Assembly (NCBI GenBank): GCA_030452985.1
Contig: JAKDLG010000001.1
Location: 40,613-104,612 of the forward strand
Length of the DNA stretch: 64,000 nucleotides
DNA from: Humibacillus sp.
GTDB lineage: Bacteria > Actinomycetota > Actinomycetes > Actinomycetales > Dermatophilaceae
Direction: 5' to 3'
In this document: in pieces, positions 59,708 through 64,000 of the stretch
Layout: each line of letters starts with the position of its first letter
How positions within the stretch are numbered: position 1 is the stretch's first letter
Translations under genes and position numbers: made by a program
The notes under the pieces: model-generated
Database searches by the model: none
Told to the model about the DNA's origin: nothing
The model's input: the letters and a program-made list of their open reading frames with translations, nothing else

Positions 59708-60577
59708 ATGGGGCGCGTGACAGCACGCATCCTCGACGGCAAGGCCACCCTGCGATCGATGAAGCGTGAGCTGGGGGCCCGGGTCGCCCGGCTGGCAGAG
59801 CGTGGCGTGGTGCCGGGCCTGGGCACCGTGCTCGTGGGCGATGACCCCGGCAGCCTGTGGTACGTCGCGGCCAAGCACCGCGACTGCGCCGAGCTGGGAA
59901 TCACCAGCCTCCGCCGGGACCTGCCTGCCAGTGCGACGCAGGCGCAGGTGGAGGCCGTCATCGACGAGCTCAACGCTGATCCGCGGTGCACCGGCTTTCT
60001 CGTGCAGCAGCCCACCGGCCTCGACGAGATGGCACTGCTCTCGCGGGTGCACCCCGACAAGGACGTCGACGGCCTGCACCCGATGAACCTGGGGTGGCTC
60101 GTGCTCGGTCGACCCGCACCGCTTCCCTGCACCCCGATGGGGTGCATCGAGCTGCTGCGCCGCCACGACGTTCCGATCGCGGGTGCCGACGTGGTGGTGG
60201 TGGGTCGTGGCCTCACGGTCGGTCGTCCGCTCGGCCTGATCCTCACCCGCAAGAGTGAGAACGCGACCGTGACCCTGTGCCACACGGGTACCAGGGACCT
60301 TGCGGCACAGGTGCGGCATGCCGACATCGTCATCGCGGCGGCAGGAGTGCCGGGCATCATCACGAAGGACATGGTCAGGCCGGGCGCCGCCGTGCTCGAC
60401 GTCGGGGTGAGCCGGGTCGAGGGCAAGATCGCCGGCGACGTGGCTGCCGGCGTGGGCGAGGTGGCGGACTGGATCAGCCCGAACCCCGGTGGGGTCGGCC
60501 CGATGACACGAGCGATGCTCTTGACCAATGTCGTCAACGCGGCCGAAGCCGCCGTCACCGTTCCCGCGACCCGATGA
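59708..60577 (+). CDS. folD: Bifunctional methylenetetrahydrofolate dehydrogenase / methenyl-THF cyclohydrolase.
   Basis: Motifs [36 protein letters not shown] and [10 protein letters not shown] are present. The start is ATG 59708 or GTG 59717. Confidence 0.95.
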   Translation: MGRVTARILDGKATLRSMKRELGARVARLAERGVVPGLGTVLVGDDPGSLWYVAAKHRDCAELGITSLRRDLPASATQAQVEAVIDELNADPRCTGFLVQQPTGLDEMALLSRVHPDKDVDGLHPMNLGWLVLGRPAPLPCTPMGCIELLRRHDVPIAGADVVVVGRGLTVGRPLGLILTRKSENATVTLCHTGTRDLAAQVRHADIVIAAAGVPGIITKDMVRPGAAVLDVGVSRVEGKIAGDVAAGVGEVADWISPNPGGVGPMTRAMLLTNVVNAAEAAVTVPATR

Positions 60578-60587
60578 CCTCGCACCG

Positions 60588-60905
60588 ATGAAGCTGCGGG
60601 GCAGCGGGTTCGCTGTGCTTGGGGTCTGGTGGCCGGTCGGGGTGCTGACTGCGGCCGGGGTGCTCACGATCGGCGCCGGCCAGATCAGGCTCGGAGGGCA
60701 GATCATCGGAGCGGCCCTCATCGTGGGCGCCGTCGTTCGTCTGCTCGCCCAGCCCGCCCGACGGGCAGGCGGTCTCGTGGTGCGTTCCCGCGGCCTCGAC
60801 GTGGTGGTGCTGCTCGCGCTCGCGATCGGCGTGATCATCGCCTCGGCCACGGTCAACCTCGATCCGTCGGCCGACCGACCGCCACCCCGCTCTGTCACGC
60901 GCTGA
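60588..60905 (+). CDS. DUF3017-like small membrane protein.
   Basis: Translation from Met 60588 gives [31 protein letters not shown]... with three TM helices. This small gene is commonly found after folD in actinobacteria. Confidence 0.55.
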   Translation: MKLRGSGFAVLGVWWPVGVLTAAGVLTIGAGQIRLGGQIIGAALIVGAVVRLLAQPARRAGGLVVRSRGLDVVVLLALAIGVIIASATVNLDPSADRPPPRSVTR

Positions 60906-60967
60906 CGTCGTCGCGATCAGTGGTCGCTGCTACCGACCTCACTGACCCCGCCGGACGCTTGCGGCAG

Positions 60968-61008
60968 CGACGAACGCCGGAGACCTTCAGGGTGGCCGGC
61001 GTTCGTCG
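60968..61008. terminator. Hairpin with a perfect 13-bp stem (CGACGAACGCCGG / CCGGCGTTCGTCG) between convergent genes.
   Basis: Arms at 60968-60980 and 60996-61008 were read directly, with a 15-nt loop. Confidence 0.5.
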
Positions 61009-61047
61009 ATGGCAGGGGATGCTGCCCGGCTCGTTCCAGAGTGACGC

Positions 61048-62049
61048 TCAGATGAGCCCGAGCCCCTTCACCGCGTCTCGCTCACCCTCGAGCCGGGCGA
61101 CGGAGGCCTGGATGCGCTCCTTGGAGAAGTCGGAGAGCTCGATACCCTGCACGATCTCGTACTTACCGTTCTTCACCGTGCAGGGGAAAGAGGAGACGAT
61201 TCCCTCGGTGACACCGTACGACCCGTCGGAGGGGACCGACATCGACACCCAGTCGTCGGTGCCGTTCACCCAGTCGCGCATGTGGTCGATGGTGGCGTTC
61301 GCCGCCGAGGCCGCGGACGAGCTTCCTCGGGCGGCGATGATCGCGCCGCCGCGCTTGGCCACTGTCGGGATGAACTCGCCCGTGATCCAAGCTTCGTCAA
61401 CCAGATCGGCAGCGACCTTGTCGCCGACCATCGTGTTGTAGAGGTCGGGATACATCGAGTCGTCGTGGTTCCCCCAGACGGCCAGCCTGCTGATCTCGCT
61501 GACCGACACCCCGAGCTTCTTGGCCAGCTGCGACTTCGCTCGGTTGTGGTCGAGCCGCGTCAGCGCGTTGAACTGCTCGTTGGGGATGTCGGGCGCGTTG
61601 GTCATCGCGATGAGGGCGTTGGTGTTGGCCGGGTTGCCGGTGACGAGCACCTTGACGTCGTCGGCCGCGCTGTCGCCCAGGGCCTTGCCCTGACCCGTGA
61701 AGATCTTGCCGTTGGCCGAGAGCAGGTCGGCGCGGTCCATACCCTCCTTGCGAGGCATGGCCCCGACGAGCATGGCGAGGTTGACCCCGTCGAAGACCTT
61801 CGTGGCGTCATCTCCGATCTCGACCTTCGCCAGAGTCGGAAAGGCGCAGTCGTCAAGCTCCATCACCACACCCTCGAGCGACTTCAGAGCCGGGGTGATT
61901 TCGAGCAGACGGAGCTCGACGGGAGTGTCAGGGCCCAGCAGCGCGCCGCTGGCGATGCGGAAGAGGAGGCTGTAGCAGATCTGGCCGGCGGCGCCGGTGA
62001 CGGCGACCTTGACCGGCTGGCGGCTGGCAACAGTGGGAGTTGTGCTCAC
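61048..62049 (-). CDS. mdh: Malate dehydrogenase.
   Basis: The N-terminus reads [23 protein letters not shown]. Later motifs include [13 protein letters not shown] and the catalytic His region [10 protein letters not shown]. Confidence 0.95.
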   Translation of the reverse strand: MSTTPTVASRQPVKVAVTGAAGQICYSLLFRIASGALLGPDTPVELRLLEITPALKSLEGVVMELDDCAFPTLAKVEIGDDATKVFDGVNLAMLVGAMPRKEGMDRADLLSANGKIFTGQGKALGDSAADDVKVLVTGNPANTNALIAMTNAPDIPNEQFNALTRLDHNRAKSQLAKKLGVSVSEISRLAVWGNHDDSMYPDLYNTMVGDKVAADLVDEAWITGEFIPTVAKRGGAIIAARGSSSAASAANATIDHMRDWVNGTDDWVSMSVPSDGSYGVTEGIVSSFPCTVKNGKYEIVQGIELSDFSKERIQASVARLEGERDAVKGLGLI

Positions 62050-62126
62050 GGTGGGCCCTTCACGGTTGTGTGGTGGTGGGACGACTCGACGCTATCAGTG
62101 GCGCGAGACGACCCCCACACACCCGG

Positions 62127-62963
62127 TCAGCGGGCCACGGCGAGGCTGGCGAGCGCGAGCAGCCAGCTGACGAAGCTGCCGACGAGGAAGTACTCGGTGA
62201 CGTCGTCAATTCCGACAGGCCCGGTTCGGGTGCCCGTGGTGGTGCCGCCCGGCAGTGCCGGGTTGGCTGAACCGGCTGTGCTGCCGGCCCCCGGCGGCGA
62301 CGCGCTGCCGCGGGCCGATGCCTGGATCTCGGGAAATCGGAGTAGCCCCTTGGCGGCGATGACGAGCCCTGCCGCGCCGAACTGACCGGCGAGCCCGAGG
62401 CCGAGGATGACGAGGCGCTCCATCGGACCGAGCAGTCGGCCCCCCTTGAGCCGGTCGGCGGCCTGGGGTTGCTGAGAGGCGGTCAACTGGTCGGGCCGGA
62501 GTGCCCCGATGGCGAGCAGCACCAGGCGCACGACGATGTTTGCGGTCGCAATGTTGAACAGGGCCAGCCCGGTGAGCAGCAGCACCCGCCCGCTGTCGGC
62601 TTCGCCCATGCCAGGCAGGTCGGCCCAGCCGAGCCACGACTCCAGGGGCCCGTTCGGGCTGGTCGCGGCGCCCGAGAAGGCAAGCAGGCCCACCAGCGTG
62701 CCCCCCAGCGTGGTGAGCGCCCAGATCGCCTGCCGGCCTGTGGTCTGGGCTCGGTCGGACAGCTCGGTCCACAGTGTGCACCCGCCGAGCGCCAGCAACA
62801 GCGCGACGCCGTCAGGCCATCGAGACACTCCCGAGAGCAGGGCGACCACCAGCACGACGAGCGGGCCCACCAGATGGGCCGCGAGCCGACGCCGGCGCGA
62901 CAACGAGGTGCGCACGAGGTCGGCCACCCCGACCCCGATGAGCACGATCGAAACCCAGGTCAC
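62127..62963 (-). CDS. Polytopic membrane protein, DUF3307-like partner of SatD.
   Basis: A 278-aa hydrophobic ORF with a 4-nt overlap with the upstream SatD-like gene. The family assignment comes from memory of the SatD/DUF3307 gene pairing. Confidence 0.5.
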   Translation of the reverse strand: MTWVSIVLIGVGVADLVRTSLSRRRRLAAHLVGPLVVLVVALLSGVSRWPDGVALLLALGGCTLWTELSDRAQTTGRQAIWALTTLGGTLVGLLAFSGAATSPNGPLESWLGWADLPGMGEADSGRVLLLTGLALFNIATANIVVRLVLLAIGALRPDQLTASQQPQAADRLKGGRLLGPMERLVILGLGLAGQFGAAGLVIAAKGLLRFPEIQASARGSASPPGAGSTAGSANPALPGGTTTGTRTGPVGIDDVTEYFLVGSFVSWLLALASLAVAR

Positions 62964-63610
62964 GGCTGCGATCCCAAGGTCGTCATGGTGTCGAGGGCGA
63001 CGCCGAGGCCGTCGCGGCGGAGGCGCTGCGACACGGCAGAGGGGCTGATGCCGGCTCGCTCGGCGATCTCGAGCTGGGTGTGTCCGTTCATGAGTCCTTC
63101 GAGGATGGCGTGGGAGCTGCTCGAGAGAGAGCCAACCATGAAGTCCAGACAGTCGAGGGTGGCCTGAACCGCGGCGACCAGGTGGGGAAGGTCGTCAGGG
63201 GAGTGGAAGCCGGTGCGCGAGGTGCGAGTGCGGGCCCGACCGGCCCGGGACTCGACCACCTCTATCGCATCGCGGGCCCGCCAGAACGCTGAACCGTCGA
63301 GGATGCCGCGGGTGGTGTCGAGGGTGCGCACCTCGCCGCGTCCGACCCCGAACCGCACATCGCCGAGCGGAGACAACGAGATTCGGATCCAGAAGCTGGC
63401 CGTGAGCGCGTCGCCGAGGCTGCGGTAAACACCCTGGAACTCGTCGCCGACGGTGATGACAGCCGGCTCGATGGGGTCGAGACGACGGTTGACCACATCG
63501 AGCACGTCGTCGAGCATGGTGTGCAGGGCCTGACGATCGGGGGACTTCCGGGAGTCGACCAGATCACCGATGAGTGCGACGACCGACACCATCGCCTTCT
63601 TTTCCGACAT
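62960..63610 (-). CDS. SatD-family protein with a C-terminal HTH.
   Basis: The N-terminus reads VVALIGDLVDSRKSPDRQALHTMLDDVLDVVN...VGDEFQGVY. The C-terminal LuxR/sigma-like HTH reads GHTQLEIAERAGISPSAVSQRL. Confidence 0.6.
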   Translation of the reverse strand: MSEKKAMVSVVALIGDLVDSRKSPDRQALHTMLDDVLDVVNRRLDPIEPAVITVGDEFQGVYRSLGDALTASFWIRISLSPLGDVRFGVGRGEVRTLDTTRGILDGSAFWRARDAIEVVESRAGRARTRTSRTGFHSPDDLPHLVAAVQATLDCLDFMVGSLSSSSHAILEGLMNGHTQLEIAERAGISPSAVSQRLRRDGLGVALDTMTTLGSQP

Positions 63611-63616
63611 GTGAAG

Positions 63617-63622
63617 ATCATA
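63617..63622 (-). promoter_or_regulatory. Candidate -10 hexamer (TATGAT), positioned for a leaderless satD-like transcript.
   Basis: The minus strand reads ...GAAGCTATGATCTTCACATG. The hexamer ends 6 nt before the ATG, in a locally AT-richer stretch. Confidence 0.35.
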
Positions 63623-63715
63623 GCTTCATACTTGGGGAATGAATCTCCGAACCCTCTTGAGTCGAACGGGCGACTGGGACGTGTCCCGTCCGGTCGGTCG
63701 CCGTTCGGCGTCTGG

Positions 63716-64000
63716 TCAGCGTGCGAGGTGCCGGGCCAGGCCGGAGCGCCAGTCGCCGATCGGGGATATCCCGGCGGCGAGCAGCGAGTCGTGCGAGAGC
63801 ACGCTGTAGGCCGGCCGTGGCGCCGGCCGAACGTAGGCCGCGCTCGTCGTGGGTTTGACCCGGGCGGACGCCAGGCCCTGCTCCTCGAAGATCGCCCCAG
63901 CCAGCCCGTACCACGTCGTCTCACCGGTGGAGGTGCCGTGGTAGACGCCGGTCGGCGCATCGGCGGCCAGCATCCGCACGAGAAGATCGGACAGGTCGTG
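63716..64000 (-). CDS. rmlD: dTDP-4-dehydrorhamnose reductase, C-terminal part. The gene runs off the right edge of the window.
   Basis: The sequence GVYHGTSTGETTWYGLAGAIFEEQG...AYVRPAPRPAYSVLSHD is the typical RmlD C-terminus. The frame stays open up to position 64000. Confidence 0.8.
   Translation of the reverse strand, partial: HDLSDLLVRMLAADAPTGVYHGTSTGETTWYGLAGAIFEEQGLASARVKPTTSAAYVRPAPRPAYSVLSHDSLLAAGISPIGDWRSGLARHLAR

Overview
The window is a very GC-rich (about 70% by eye) chromosomal segment with the gene content and synteny of a high-GC Actinomycetota genome, probably Micrococcales-like. All calls rest on reading the supplied translations and the DNA by eye. No database search or computation was run.

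Housekeeping genes fall in two blocks.
- Block 1 to 31 kb: mrpA 5' part, SURF1-like, guaA, asnB-like, pcrA, sucCD, PerM-like, purN and purH.
- Block 53 to 64 kb: a heterodimeric ABC exporter, folD, mdh, a SatD/DUF3307 pair, and the rmlD 3' part.

Between these blocks, at about 32.0-53.1 kb, lies an accessory-looking N-heterocycle catabolic island.
- It encodes a ring-opening amidohydrolase of the barbiturase/cyanuric-acid-hydrolase family, carbamate kinase and hydantoinase A/B.
- It also encodes a CoxM-S-L-G type molybdenum hydroxylase, a RutG-like permease, an isochorismatase-family hydrolase and an FAD monooxygenase.
- A PucR regulator and a divergently transcribed FdrA-DUF1116 fusion gene complete it.
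- I read it as a candidate, possibly energy-conserving, oxidative pyrimidine or related N-heterocycle pathway.

Other points worth a second look:
1. An ECF sigma/anti-sigma module is followed by a lipoprotein paralogue of the anti-sigma ectodomain. Each paralogue carries exactly one in-frame stop at a codon where the other has Trp or Tyr.
2. A family of intergenic tandem repeats has an AGTGGCCACT-type core and periods of 22, 33 and 44 bp.
3. A family of long, near-perfect palindromic hairpins brackets an EamA transporter gene, and a diverged copy sits at the coxM/coxS junction.
4. A DUF559 gene is bounded by 20-21 bp inverted repeats.
5. The ABC exporter pair has one completely degenerate ATP site.

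I saw no rRNA, tRNA, CRISPR array, transposase or integrase.

Many long ORFs in the supplied track are antisense or off-frame artefacts of the high GC content and were ignored.
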